DNA of 64,000 nucleotides from a virus, in the IMG/VR virus record IMGVR_UViG_3300017613_001944, positions 1 to 64,000 of that record; one strand, given 5' to 3'. The notes under the pieces are model-generated. The model was not told the origin of the DNA. It searched no databases and saw only the letters and a list, made by a program, of their open reading frames with translations. Both the position numbers and the translations under genes were made by a program. Positions 8,935-18,283 of this stretch are shown one piece after another; within the stretch, counting starts at the first letter, position 1; every line of letters begins with the position of its first letter.

Positions 8935-10306
8935 TTTGGAGGATGCAGTGTCTCTTAACAAGGCGAGAATGGCTCATCTGGGATCTCTGGGGTTAGATTT
9001 TAAATCCAAGAGGGTACTGGAGGTGGGCGCAGGGGTGGGCTATCTCACAGGGTTCTTCGAGGCCAACAAGTGTGATATCGTTATAACCGAGGGGCGAGAG
9101 GAGAATGTCAAAAGGATAATTGAGAGATACCCACACAGAGCCGACAACACATTCGTGCGAGACCTGACGGTACCCGGATCACACGAGGAGTTTGGTGAGT
9201 TTGATGTTATCTTCTGTTACGGTACTCTGTATCACGTATCAGATCCCGCCTTCGTTATCGCAGAGCTTGCTAAACTTTGCACGGGGATGTTCCTGGTCTC
9301 AATGGTTGTGCATCCCAGTGACGATAACGCCTTTCTTCCCTGCCCCGAGGATGGGGGCGCAGATCAGAGCATGCACGCAATGGGATGCAGACCAGGTAGA
9401 CAGTTGGTGATGGATGAATTAAAAAAGCATTTCGAGTATGTCTATCACACTACAACGCAACCCTTCCACCATAACTTTATCATAAGTTGGCCTGCTGTTT
9501 CTGGACACACACGCTCTATCTTCGTAGCCTCAAGGGAAAAGCTAGATAGCAGGTTCCTCTCTGAAGAGTTACAGATGGATCAACAACGCTATGGGCGTAT
9601 ACTTGGAGGGGAGTTCTGTGGAAGTCCTGCCGAGGCGGTTCTGGTAGGTCCAGGGTCTGTGGGACATGGAGGTTCTTGGTCCCAGGCCAACGGCGAGATA
9701 CTGGCTTGGGATATTGCGTTGGTGACACACTTCTATAAAGAGATGAAGAAGCTAGATGATCCTATCATCCTTGATATTGGAGCCAGCACCGGCAGCTTCT
9801 CACTCTTGCCAGCCATAGACACCACTGCTGCCTGTCACTCCTTTGAGCCGTACCCCTTCGTCAATAAGATACTGAGGGAGAACGTCAGGATGAATGGGCT
9901 GGATGACAGGGTGACAATCTATGATTGGGCACTCTCCGACAGGAATGGAAGCGCCGTCTTCGTGGCTCCTCCCAAGAACAAGCAGATAGGCCATGCCAGA
10001 CTAGACTCGAATCATCAGCCGGGGGAGTGGCCTGAGATAGAGGTGCAGTGCAGGACACTGGACTCGCTCAATCTTGGCAAGGTAGACTTGGTAAAAATAG
10101 ACGTGGAGGGTCACGAGTTGCAGGTACTTCGCGGGGGAGAGGCCACTATCAGAGAGAACATGCCAGGGCTAATAGTTGAGCTCTACCCAGACCACGCCCA
10201 TCTATTCGACTATGAGGTAGAAGATGTAACCGATCTACTGGCGTCCTGGGGATATAATCACTTTGAAAGGGTGACATCGTGGGATACGTGGGCAAAAAAG
10301 ATATAA
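8921..10306 (+). CDS. Two-domain methyltransferase (class I SAM MTase + FkbM-family MTase)
   Basis: VLEVGAGVG and FCYGTLYH; ILDIGASTG, SFEP, KIDVEGHE. Confidence 0.85.
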   Translation: MLPFDLEDAVSLNKARMAHLGSLGLDFKSKRVLEVGAGVGYLTGFFEANKCDIVITEGREENVKRIIERYPHRADNTFVRDLTVPGSHEEFGEFDVIFCYGTLYHVSDPAFVIAELAKLCTGMFLVSMVVHPSDDNAFLPCPEDGGADQSMHAMGCRPGRQLVMDELKKHFEYVYHTTTQPFHHNFIISWPAVSGHTRSIFVASREKLDSRFLSEELQMDQQRYGRILGGEFCGSPAEAVLVGPGSVGHGGSWSQANGEILAWDIALVTHFYKEMKKLDDPIILDIGASTGSFSLLPAIDTTAACHSFEPYPFVNKILRENVRMNGLDDRVTIYDWALSDRNGSAVFVAPPKNKQIGHARLDSNHQPGEWPEIEVQCRTLDSLNLGKVDLVKIDVEGHELQVLRGGEATIRENMPGLIVELYPDHAHLFDYEVEDVTDLLASWGYNHFERVTSWDTWAKKI

Positions 10307-11145
10307 TAGACGTTCAAAACTATTGGGACGATTTGCCTTGCAACATCAGACACTCTCAAACCCCATTACAGGAAGATCCCTTAGTATATAGTCATGAGGT
10401 CTCATTCCGCAAGTATCTGGTCGAGCCCCATATCCCATTTTTTGCAGAGCATGGTCTCTGGGAGAATAAGGAGGTTCTGGAAATGGGGTGTGGTATTGGC
10501 ACGGATACTATCCAATTCGCACTCTCGGGGGTAAAGAAAATACTGGGAATGGATATCTCCAGGGATTCGTTGGACATTGCCTTCCAGCGTCTTCAGGCAG
10601 AGAAACCGCCAGATAACTGGACCCTGGTACAGGGAGATATAGAGAATCTACGGGAGAATGAACACTGCTTTTTCTGGTCAGACTCCTATGACCTAGTCTA
10701 TTCCTTCGGCGTGATTCATCATACTCCCAGGCCCTGGAGGGCAATAGCCGAGGCGTACAGGATGCTCAAGCCGGGAGGGGAGTTCCGCTTGATGGTGTAC
10801 AACCGCTACTCCTGGAAGGCTTTTTGGATTATAATGAAGTATGGCAAGGGGAGATTCTGGAAATGGAAGGAACTGATCCCGAAGTACAGCGAGGCGCAGA
10901 CTGGATGTCCCATTACCTGGACGTTCACTCCAAGGGAGATGAAACATTTATTGGAGGCCAATGGTTTCCAAGTGGAATCTGTCACGAAGGACCACATTTT
11001 TCCATATCGGATCAAGGAGTATATCAACCACCAGTACAGGATGACGTGGTACTGGGAGATGTGCCCACCGAGACTCTTCGATTGGTTGCAGTCGAAATTC
11101 GGGTGGCACTTACTTATAAAGGCGAGGAAGCCGAAAGGACGATAG
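10279..11145 (+). CDS. Class I SAM-dependent methyltransferase
   Basis: VLEMGCGIG, YDLVYSFGVIHH, LKPGG. Confidence 0.88.
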   Translation: MGYVGKKDIIDVQNYWDDLPCNIRHSQTPLQEDPLVYSHEVSFRKYLVEPHIPFFAEHGLWENKEVLEMGCGIGTDTIQFALSGVKKILGMDISRDSLDIAFQRLQAEKPPDNWTLVQGDIENLRENEHCFFWSDSYDLVYSFGVIHHTPRPWRAIAEAYRMLKPGGEFRLMVYNRYSWKAFWIIMKYGKGRFWKWKELIPKYSEAQTGCPITWTFTPREMKHLLEANGFQVESVTKDHIFPYRIKEYINHQYRMTWYWEMCPPRLFDWLQSKFGWHLLIKARKPKGR

Positions 11146-11146
11146 A

Positions 11147-11824
11147 ATGGAAGACCTTCAAATCTATGAAGAGTGGAGACTGGCACTTGCCAAGCTGCAA
11201 GGAGGAAGAACCTACTACCGGGACCAGACTCCTGAAAGTATCAAGCAACTGGTTGATCTGGCAAGAGCTTACGAACCAAACAAAATTATTGAGATAGGCA
11301 CCTCTTATGGCCTCTCTCTGAGAGCGTGGCTGCACGCATTGCCGGAGGTGCACGTCACCGCCATCGACTTTACATTCAACCCGCTCCGCATGACCACAGA
11401 TGTTGTGCCATACGATGAGAGCCGGGTCACTCTGGTGGAGAGTGACGTATCTAATGTGGAGCTTCCGATGTACTGGCACGGCACCGACAAGGTGATCCTG
11501 TTCTTCGATTGCCACGGTGCGGCTAATATGCGCTACACCCTGAAACACGCGGAGTCGTTACCCAAGGGCAGTGTCTTCGCCGTGGACGATATGTGGTATA
11601 GCGAAGAGAAGCTTCACGAGGGCAACCTTGAAGAGTTCTATGACAGGGTTGTTCTGCCGACAGTAGATCCCCACTGCCCTGTCAGGCCAGTGGACTATAG
11701 TGACTATTGGGTTGGTGGTTCATTCTATTGCTTCGATGAGGTTCATCCTCTGATGAGGTATCTCGAGAGGAACCGAATCGTAGCAACCCATGAGCCGCCC
11801 AAGTTACTTTACTGGGAGGTATAA
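11147..11824 (+). CDS. Class I SAM-dependent methyltransferase (Methyltransf_24-like)
   Basis: IIEIGTSYGLS, FFDCH, AVDD. Confidence 0.75.
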   Translation: MEDLQIYEEWRLALAKLQGGRTYYRDQTPESIKQLVDLARAYEPNKIIEIGTSYGLSLRAWLHALPEVHVTAIDFTFNPLRMTTDVVPYDESRVTLVESDVSNVELPMYWHGTDKVILFFDCHGAANMRYTLKHAESLPKGSVFAVDDMWYSEEKLHEGNLEEFYDRVVLPTVDPHCPVRPVDYSDYWVGGSFYCFDEVHPLMRYLERNRIVATHEPPKLLYWEV

Positions 11825-11825
11825 G

Positions 11826-12449
11826 ATGGAGTACTTACAAGATCCATTTTCTGTGATATGTGATCTTGAGGGCAATCCAGTCTACACTCAACACGTCATC
11901 AAGTATCAGGCGACCTACGGCTTTCCTCTCTATTCGCAGAGAGATCCGCAGTGGGCAGGAGATCAGTTGGGCTACGGTACTACCACGATTGGACAACAGG
12001 GCTGTCTTGTTACCGCCCTCTCCGAAGCGCTGACGGTGGTTTATCAAGAGCCTATCACACCCAACGTCCTCAATGAGAAGTTGAAAGAGATCAACGGTTT
12101 CTCTGGGAGCAATCTCTACTGGACAAGGGTGACAAAGGCGTATCCCTCCTTTCAGTTCGTTGAAAGGGTATATTGTAAATTGGTCCCCGCCCCTGCCGCA
12201 GAGATTGAGACTTGGCTTGGGGAAGGGCAGTACGTAGTTGTGGAGATAGATATGAATCTGAAGACCAAGGCAGTAGATCAGCATTGGCTACTGCTGGTCG
12301 GCGGCGACAAGGATCAGTTTGTCTATCACGACCCCTGGCTGACGGTAAATCAGCAGGAGGCCAGGACTATGCCTCCCGGCTACTGCAAGCAGGACTGGGA
12401 CCCGGCGAGAGCCATCTTCCAATACGCACGTTACAGGATGACACCATGA
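11826..12449 (+). CDS. C39-family peptidase, possible endolysin
   Basis: YSQRDPQW, GCLVTAL (Cys), HWLLLVG (His), HDP (Asp); GGAGG RBS. Confidence 0.8.
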   Translation: MEYLQDPFSVICDLEGNPVYTQHVIKYQATYGFPLYSQRDPQWAGDQLGYGTTTIGQQGCLVTALSEALTVVYQEPITPNVLNEKLKEINGFSGSNLYWTRVTKAYPSFQFVERVYCKLVPAPAAEIETWLGEGQYVVVEIDMNLKTKAVDQHWLLLVGGDKDQFVYHDPWLTVNQQEARTMPPGYCKQDWDPARAIFQYARYRMTP

Positions 12450-13237
12450 TAACACTATTCACCACACTGAAGCCCAGCGATAACGGTGGGCGCATCGACG
12501 TAATTCAGTACAACGCCCTGATGAGTTGGTCCTATCTGCCAGCAGAGATTATGGTCTTCGGGGATGAAACTGGAACCAAGGAACTGGTGGAGGAGGTCTC
12601 GTTGAGATCTGCTTACAACAAACGTCCCGCCACCTTTGCCTCAGTTCAAGAGCACCGGGGCGTGAATGAGTTTGGCACACCGTTGATCGAGCCAATGTTT
12701 CGACATGCCAGTGACGTAGCCCAATATGACATCCTGGGCTATGTCAACGGGGACATCATTTTGAAGCCCAGCTTTACCTTGGCTGTCAAGCTGTCCAGCG
12801 TTATAAATAAGTTTCTGATGGTCGGCAGACGCATAAACCTGGAGGTCAAGGAGAAGCTGGACTTTGAGGGCGACTGGCGACTTGAACTGGATGCTATGAT
12901 AGACAACGATGCCTACGCCGCAGTTGGTGCTGCCATTGACTACTTTGTTCACACCCGCTACCTATGGGATAACATTCCTCCCGAGCTTGCCATAGCGCGT
13001 TACTATTGGGACAACCATCTAACATGGCTGGTCGGGACAGAGCTACGCTTGCCGGTGATAGACGCAACGGGTGTTACGCTTGCCGTGCACCAGTCCCATG
13101 GGCAACCGATTGGGTTCGATTCGCCGGAGGGTTTAAAGAACAGAGACGTGGTGGCATACAGGATGGCGGGGGTGGAGCATTCCACTCATCATCTAAACTC
13201 TGATGGCGCAGTCGCGCCGGGGGCATACAATGGATAA
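12446..13237 (+). CDS. Putative GT-A glycosyltransferase
   Basis: ITLFTTLKP, GTPLI, YVNGDII, IDYF, WDNHL, HQSH. Confidence 0.65.
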   Translation: MITLFTTLKPSDNGGRIDVIQYNALMSWSYLPAEIMVFGDETGTKELVEEVSLRSAYNKRPATFASVQEHRGVNEFGTPLIEPMFRHASDVAQYDILGYVNGDIILKPSFTLAVKLSSVINKFLMVGRRINLEVKEKLDFEGDWRLELDAMIDNDAYAAVGAAIDYFVHTRYLWDNIPPELAIARYYWDNHLTWLVGTELRLPVIDATGVTLAVHQSHGQPIGFDSPEGLKNRDVVAYRMAGVEHSTHHLNSDGAVAPGAYNG

Positions 13238-13493
13238 AGTAGCTTGTGCCATTGAGAACCTTGCAAAGAGTATGGATAGAATGGCGCTGTGTCAGCTATT
13301 CGATGCTGGCATTATCACACTGGATGAAGCGAGAGACTTGCTTGGTCTTCCCGAGGTCACAGAACACCGTCGCCTACAGTTACGTCGTGCAACAAACTTT
13401 ACCTACAACAGTGCATTGGTCCTACCGGGTTATGCACTGAGCGAGATTGGTGTAAGGCGTGAACAGGAGCCCTCAAAGAATGAGCCTGAATGA
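13230..13493 (+). CDS. Hypothetical protein upstream of terminase
   Basis: Coupled ORF; GIITLDEARDLLGLP helix-turn-like segment. Confidence 0.5.
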   Translation: MDKVACAIENLAKSMDRMALCQLFDAGIITLDEARDLLGLPEVTEHRRLQLRRATNFTYNSALVLPGYALSEIGVRREQEPSKNEPE

Positions 13494-15237
13494 CGAAGAG
13501 AGATACATCATCTCTGAGGCATCCAAGGGGAATATGGGCCTCTTTATAGAGTACTATTTCCGTCTCCCGTTTTCAGGAACCTGGTTCACTACGGAAGATC
13601 GTGTTGAGCAATACGACATTCTCCATCAGGTGTGGGTAGGATTGGGCAAGCCGGATGAGATATTCGACGCGGAGATAGGGGACAAGCTAGCTGAGATAAG
13701 GATTACGTGGGACCCCTACTATGGCGAGTATCCCATGTTCCTCCTTCACCACGGTTTCAAGACACTGGAGTGGATGCAGAAGTTCCTGTCTCCAGGCGTC
13801 ACCCACGGCGTGGCTACTACTGGGACTGGATCGGGTAAGACTGCCGGGGTAGCCGTTTATGCACTGGCATGTTGCGCCGTGATCCCAGGGTTCAGGTTCC
13901 ACAACGCTGCCCCTACTCAGTACCACGCTAACTTGATGTTGGGAGAGATCACCAAGTGGGTTGGGACTGACGCTGACAAGTTCCGCAAGTTCATCAAGTT
14001 GAGCAAGGGAGCCAATGAGCTGTGGAATGAGAGAGAGGGCTATCCGGTAATCACCATTCAGTCTCCTCTCAATCCCAAGATACAATCCTCATTCTCTTGC
14101 CAGACTGTAGGTCAGAATGCCAATAGCATCCTGGGGAGGGAGCAGGACTGGATCAACATTGAGGAAGCGCAGTTGATGTATAACATCACTGATGCGGAGC
14201 CGAAGCTAGCCACTCGTTTACGTGGCACCAGGGCCACTGGTTTGCCACGCTGGTCCAAGCAAACCTGGATCTCAAACCCCGGAGATAATCCCGAGTTCAT
14301 TGGTCTCATCGAAAAGTACAAGGAATTGGAAAAGGACGGGATGGCGGGGGTCTTGGTTCTTGAGGATGTACCATCAGATGTCAATCGTTACATCACCAAA
14401 CGCCAACTAGAGAAGCAGCGCTTGACCATGAGTCAGCGGGAGATTGACAGGTGGATGGGTGGACAGATGTCTGCGGTAAGAGAAGATTCTGAGATCACCA
14501 CCGCAATGCTGGAAGCCTGCAAGAGCGACGAGCTCACCAAGGAGGTGGATAAGGTGGGCAAGTTTGCCGATGACCTTGGCCTGGTGCGCTATGAGCTGCC
14601 CCATGAACCTGACAGACACTATGTGGTGGTGGGTGATGTTGGGAAGAGCCCACGATCTGCCTTGAGCAGTATGAACGTCCCGGCTATAATGGTCTTTGAT
14701 GTGACCAACTTCCTAGAGGAGCCCTGTAGATTGGTGGCATTACGATGGATAGATGGCAAGGGATCTTACGAGCCGTTCGTCACGTCTATGAAGTATCTGA
14801 TCCTCAAGTACAGGGCCAGGGGCTATTACGACGCGGGTAACGTACAGACTGCCTTTGAGGATGTGGGCGGCTTCGAGGATGTTCCCTACACGGAGCCTGT
14901 CAGCTTTGCTGGTCACGCCTCCATTAAAAAGTGGGCTGTGGCAGTAACAAGCATCTTGATGCAGAATGGATTGTTTGAGTGGCCCTACATAAAGGCGCTA
15001 TGGTATCAGGGCAGGATCTTCAGAGTCGCCTCCAAGAAAAATCCCGATGACCTGATAGCCTGTCTCTTGGTATTCTCGAGGGTACTACAGATAGAGGGAA
15101 CACTGTGGAACAGGTTTGTGAGCAGATTCGATTGGGACGTGGAGGACATTAAAGAGGATGAAGTGGACGAAGAGGATGATTACGAAGTTTCGCGTGGCCC
15201 TGTTTTTGATAGGCACACAAGAATACCGACGCGATAA
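13480..15237 (+). CDS. terL: Terminase large subunit
   Basis: Walker A GTGSGKT, Walker B WINIEEA, coupling motif WISNP, RNase H-like VVVGDVG and DDLI; upstream of portal. Confidence 0.85.
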   Translation: MSLNDEERYIISEASKGNMGLFIEYYFRLPFSGTWFTTEDRVEQYDILHQVWVGLGKPDEIFDAEIGDKLAEIRITWDPYYGEYPMFLLHHGFKTLEWMQKFLSPGVTHGVATTGTGSGKTAGVAVYALACCAVIPGFRFHNAAPTQYHANLMLGEITKWVGTDADKFRKFIKLSKGANELWNEREGYPVITIQSPLNPKIQSSFSCQTVGQNANSILGREQDWINIEEAQLMYNITDAEPKLATRLRGTRATGLPRWSKQTWISNPGDNPEFIGLIEKYKELEKDGMAGVLVLEDVPSDVNRYITKRQLEKQRLTMSQREIDRWMGGQMSAVREDSEITTAMLEACKSDELTKEVDKVGKFADDLGLVRYELPHEPDRHYVVVGDVGKSPRSALSSMNVPAIMVFDVTNFLEEPCRLVALRWIDGKGSYEPFVTSMKYLILKYRARGYYDAGNVQTAFEDVGGFEDVPYTEPVSFAGHASIKKWAVAVTSILMQNGLFEWPYIKALWYQGRIFRVASKKNPDDLIACLLVFSRVLQIEGTLWNRFVSRFDWDVEDIKEDEVDEEDDYEVSRGPVFDRHTRIPTR

Positions 15238-15366
15238 GAGGATCTACTATCAGAGATGTTTCTTCAGAGCAATTATAAACATACTGGAGTTCGGGGTGAG
15301 GGACAGGATCAGGGACGGGTTACACAGAAACGCTTATCCAATGTACGACGATAGACATTGGAGGCA

Positions 15367-15396
15367 TTGACATTCATCTTTCCTTAATGGTAAAAT
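15367..15396 (+). promoter_or_regulatory. Sigma70-type promoter upstream of portal gene
   Basis: TTGACA-18 bp-TAAAAT with extended -10 TG, in intergenic gap before GGAGG RBS. Confidence 0.7.
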
Positions 15397-15413
15397 GAAT
15401 TGTGGAGGAGATT

Positions 15414-16940
15414 ATGAGCGATAAAGATATTTGGAATGATGAGGAATGGATAAAGCGCCGGAGTGAGAGCAACACTTATCGACGCAGGTATGCCGGTAAG
15501 CATCTGGATGAACTGCTGCCGGGTAGAGATCGCGATAGTGGAGATGCTGCCAAGCGCTTTCCATTACGCCTGAACCTGGATAAGCTGGCGTGTGACATCC
15601 ACCGAGACATCACCCGTGGGGTCCCCAACGACGATGACACACTTTTCGTCAAGTCGATTATTGGTCGGGGGGAAGACCCGGAACGCGCAGAGTTGATAGA
15701 GGACATCATCAACGAGGGTGTGTGGAGGCCATCCAGCGCCGGAGCTATTCAGCAAGAGGCGCTGCTCTCTATGAACATCTATGGGGGAACCGCCTTCAAG
15801 CTGTCCTGGGAGCCGTGGCTATTCGACTTACCATATAGCTTGGCTGTTAGACCTATCAAAGATCCCGCTTTGATAAACCCCAAGATGGACTTCCTCAATC
15901 CGTGGCGAATGACTGAGTGTTACTTTGGCTATGAGATTGACAGAGATATAGCGGAAGCCAAGTACGGCATCGCTCCCAGTAGCGCAGATAAGTGCTTGTA
16001 TATGGAGCATTGGACGGAGAATGCGTGGAAGATTCAGGTGGACGACCAAGTACCCACCATCAAGTTTGGGAATGGGCAGAAGGTGGAGTTGCAGGGGGAG
16101 AACATCTTTGGATTCGTCCCCTTCTACTACATCCCCCACGAGCGCACTGTTGAGATGTATGGCGAAAGCCAAGCCTTCGGTAAGGATGGTCTCACCCGAG
16201 AGGTGAACAGCCGAACAGTGTCCATCTCTGACCTGGTGGCCTCCATCAAGTCTGACGTGTTGTATGGTACCGATATGCGCGGGACCACGGGGCAGTTCAA
16301 GATGATGTCCTACGAAGGGCAACCGATGAAACTGGTCTTGGATCTTGGGGATACCAAGGCTATGCAGAATGCCAAGACACCGGCGCTTCACGCCATCCCC
16401 ATGCCGGATATCCCAGGCAACCTTGTCGATTGGCCTATGCAGCTCTTTAGCTTGTGGATGATGATAGAGCGTGTGTCACCCGCCGCCTTCGGGTTGGATG
16501 ACACAAGCAGTGGCAGGATCACAGGACCCGCAATCTCCCAGAGAATGTGGACCAGTGTAGCCCACTGTGTGACAGAGCGCACCAACTTCAGCACGGCTAA
16601 AACGATGATCGACAGAGACATCATCAGGATGTTGGCGAATGAGCAATTCAAAAAGGATCTGGAACTCTACGGGATAGACGTTCCTGATATTAACGAGAAA
16701 GATGCTAGACGTAAAGTAAAACAAAACTGGCCTACCATGCTCCCCATTGATAGGGCGGAGAGACACAAGGAATTGATAGAGATGCTGAGAGAACGCGGCA
16801 TGTCCATCGAGGAATATGTGGAAGAGCGTGGCAAGGAAGACATCACAAGAATACGCCAGGAGATTCTGGACTGGCAGAGGGATTTAGCAGAAGTGGCACC
16901 AGTCAACAGGCCACCTATGATAGCAAATGAAAAAGATTAA
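15414..16940 (+). CDS. Portal protein
   Basis: ~510 aa immediately after terL; FGFVPFYYIPH...YGES, ITGPAI and helical C-terminus resemble portals. Confidence 0.75.
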   Translation: MSDKDIWNDEEWIKRRSESNTYRRRYAGKHLDELLPGRDRDSGDAAKRFPLRLNLDKLACDIHRDITRGVPNDDDTLFVKSIIGRGEDPERAELIEDIINEGVWRPSSAGAIQQEALLSMNIYGGTAFKLSWEPWLFDLPYSLAVRPIKDPALINPKMDFLNPWRMTECYFGYEIDRDIAEAKYGIAPSSADKCLYMEHWTENAWKIQVDDQVPTIKFGNGQKVELQGENIFGFVPFYYIPHERTVEMYGESQAFGKDGLTREVNSRTVSISDLVASIKSDVLYGTDMRGTTGQFKMMSYEGQPMKLVLDLGDTKAMQNAKTPALHAIPMPDIPGNLVDWPMQLFSLWMMIERVSPAAFGLDDTSSGRITGPAISQRMWTSVAHCVTERTNFSTAKTMIDRDIIRMLANEQFKKDLELYGIDVPDINEKDARRKVKQNWPTMLPIDRAERHKELIEMLRERGMSIEEYVEERGKEDITRIRQEILDWQRDLAEVAPVNRPPMIANEKD

Positions 16941-17994
16941 AGTAATAGGTTTTGTCAGGGACACACCTAATGGAGGACTGAGCCCAGTGAATTACTACAG
17001 GGCCTACCTTCCTTTAAGGGCACTGCAAGAATTAGACAAGCGCTTCGAGGTGACCATCTTCAGTCAGGCGCAGGTAGGAGAATTGATAAGGCAATACGGG
17101 TCCCGCTCCGAGGAGATCCTCATGGGGCGGGATCTGTACGTTATCTCGAGACTGTTCACCCGTCAGTACCTGGACAGGTTCGTTGACGCTATCCATGAGG
17201 ACGGCGGCAAGGTTATCTTTGATACAGATGACGATCTCACAGACGACTACCGTGATCTGGGTAGAGGTGAGGACTTTAAGATCACTATTGGGGCGATGGA
17301 TCTGGTCACTGTGTCAACCCCATTCCTCTCCAAGAGAATACACAGATACGTGAACCACAAACCTCCCATACTGATGAATCACATCGACTTCAAGTGGTTC
17401 AGCAAGGAGAGCAGGAAGGCTCCCAGAACTGTCCCCGGCTTAACGGTGGGGCTGGTGGGAACAGCCTCTCACTACGATGACTGGATCTATCCGGTGAGAG
17501 CTTTGAGGAAGTTAGCTGAGGAGAGCACGGATATTAACCTGGTTGTTGCCGGGTTTTTCCCAGACTACCTGGATGATCTGCCGAACCTGCATCAGATCAA
17601 ACCAGTTCCCTATTTAAAGTATCCCGGCATGATTAGGCAATTTGACATCATCTGCTGCTCGTTAGATCCCGATGATATGTTCAATAAATCCAAGTCGGCA
17701 ATTAAGGCCATAGAGGCCATGTCGTCGGTACGACGCCTCAGTGATGGGAGATGGGGAGGAGCTGTGCCGGTATGCACCAACATGCCGGTGTACCGGAGGG
17801 CTGTGAACCACATGCACAACGGGATCTTGACATCGAATGACGGCTGGTACGATGCTCTCTCGGAGATGATACACAACACCAAGCTACGAAATAATATTGC
17901 TGTAAATGGAACGAAGTGGGTTCAAAAGAATAGGGACATCAACGTAGGGTATAAATCCTGGGCGAAACTCTACAAGAGGGTATCGCGTGGCTAA
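16927..17994 (+). CDS. GT-B glycosyltransferase
   Basis: YYRAYLP, IFDTDDDL, VTVSTPFL, FNKSKSAIKAIE. Confidence 0.8.
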   Translation: MKKIKVIGFVRDTPNGGLSPVNYYRAYLPLRALQELDKRFEVTIFSQAQVGELIRQYGSRSEEILMGRDLYVISRLFTRQYLDRFVDAIHEDGGKVIFDTDDDLTDDYRDLGRGEDFKITIGAMDLVTVSTPFLSKRIHRYVNHKPPILMNHIDFKWFSKESRKAPRTVPGLTVGLVGTASHYDDWIYPVRALRKLAEESTDINLVVAGFFPDYLDDLPNLHQIKPVPYLKYPGMIRQFDIICCSLDPDDMFNKSKSAIKAIEAMSSVRRLSDGRWGGAVPVCTNMPVYRRAVNHMHNGILTSNDGWYDALSEMIHNTKLRNNIAVNGTKWVQKNRDINVGYKSWAKLYKRVSRG

Positions 17995-18202
17995 CCTCTT
18001 TACTGCGGCGGAGAAATATGCTATACTGCAAGACAAGGTTGATGTGCGATGCCCAAATTGCGCGAAGCTATTGCTGAGGGCCTTTGCCCTGGAGTCTAAA
18101 AATGAGCTTCCGGCGGCTTGGGCACTCGCCCTTGAGATAGTATGTCCTAGATGTAAAACTAAAACAGTGGCACCAACGCTAACACTGCCAGCAGAGAAAT
18201 AA
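17987..18202 (+). CDS. Mu Com-like zinc-finger regulator
   Basis: VRCPNCAKLL...LEIVCPRCKT. Confidence 0.7.
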   Translation: MANLFTAAEKYAILQDKVDVRCPNCAKLLLRAFALESKNELPAAWALALEIVCPRCKTKTVAPTLTLPAEK

Positions 18203-18247
18203 GAGCGCCGAGAGCGCCAAGAACAAATCAGAACGCCCCTGAGCGTC
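18203..18247 (+). repeat. Four GARCGYC heptamer repeats
   Basis: GAGCGCC 18203, GAGCGCC 18212, GAACGCC 18231, GAGCGTC 18241. Confidence 0.8.
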
Positions 18248-18271
18248 GTGAGCTCAGGGGTCTTTTTATTT
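18236..18271 (+). terminator. Intrinsic terminator/attenuator
   Basis: Stem CCCCTGAGC/GCTCAGGGG, 7-nt loop, followed by TCTTTTTATTT. Confidence 0.8.
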
Positions 18272-18283
18272 CAGGAGGATCAG

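Noticed and set aside
13230-13493. Terminase small subunit
   Set aside because: Right position but no recognisable TerS features; left as hypothetical
15158-15370. 70-aa ORF between terL and portal
   Set aside because: Overlaps terL, lacks a clear RBS and runs into the promoter; probably spurious
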